Of a DNA stretch of 64,000 nucleotides, positions 63,760 through 64,000 are shown one piece after another. Source of the DNA: Basidiobolus meristosporus CBS 931.73 (Eukaryota; Fungi; Basidiobolomycota); NCBI GenBank assembly GCA_002104905.1, contig MCFE01000243.1, positions 53,349 to 117,348 of the forward strand. The letters run 5' to 3'. Position 1 is the stretch's first letter. Each line of letters starts with the position of its first letter. The translations under genes were made by a program, and so were the position numbers. Under the pieces are notes generated by a model. It was not told the DNA's origin. It made no database searches and saw only the letters and a list, made by a program, of their open reading frames with translations.

Positions 63760-63802
63760 AGGGTTAGGGGGGGAGACAGTCACCAACAGGTGAAATCTTT
63801 AT
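63760..63802 (-). mobile_element. LINE family A copy 6 (3' terminal about 33 bp only)
   Basis: ggggagacagtcaccaacaggtgaaatcttta directly before the telomere. Confidence 0.85.
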
Positions 63803-64000
63803 TTAGGGTTAGGGTTAGGGTTAGGGTTAGGGTTAGGGTTAGGGTTAGGGTTAGGGTTAGGGTTAGGGTTAGGGTTAGGGTTAGGGTTAGGGTTAGGGTT
63901 AGGGTTAGGGTTAGGGTTAGGGTTAGGGTTAGGGTTAGGGTTAGGGTTAGGGTTAGGGTTAGGGTTAGGGTTAGGGTTAGGGTTAGGGTTAGGGTTAGGG
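63803..64000 (+). repeat. Terminal telomere (TTAGGG)33
   Basis: 198 bp of perfect repeats running to the end of the window, G-rich strand pointing outward. Confidence 0.97.

Overview
Right-hand chromosome end of a fungus. The intron-rich genes, TTAGGG telomere and bacterial-style NRPS suggest an early-diverging lineage such as Basidiobolus (inference only). Positions 1-10 kb hold ordinary intron-containing genes: a Sel1-repeat protein 3' end, a formin, a heme-thiolate peroxygenase and a site-2 protease. Positions 10.9-33.6 kb hold an intronless six-module NRPS (A-T-E / C-A-T-E / C-A-T / C-A-T-E / C-A-T / C-A-T-TE) with a predicted Cys starter, one 1-nt frameshift in T5 and two nearly identical E-domain segments. 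A Copia element is then cut off by telomere repeats at 38.5 kb. From there to the terminal (TTAGGG)33 lies a head-to-tail array of minus-strand retroelements, almost every one joined to the next by a short TTAGGG tract. The array holds two APE-type LINE families (A, B), an ORF1-only element (D, HeT-A-like) and a tRNA-headed SINE (C). A, C and D share the same 3' stem-loop, AATAAA and oligo-C end. A 6-kb host segment (NRPS relic plus a decaying family of small secreted proteins) is embedded in the array. The telomere-targeted LINE / SINE / ORF1-only consortium is the most novel-looking system. Many single-base indels may be assembly errors.
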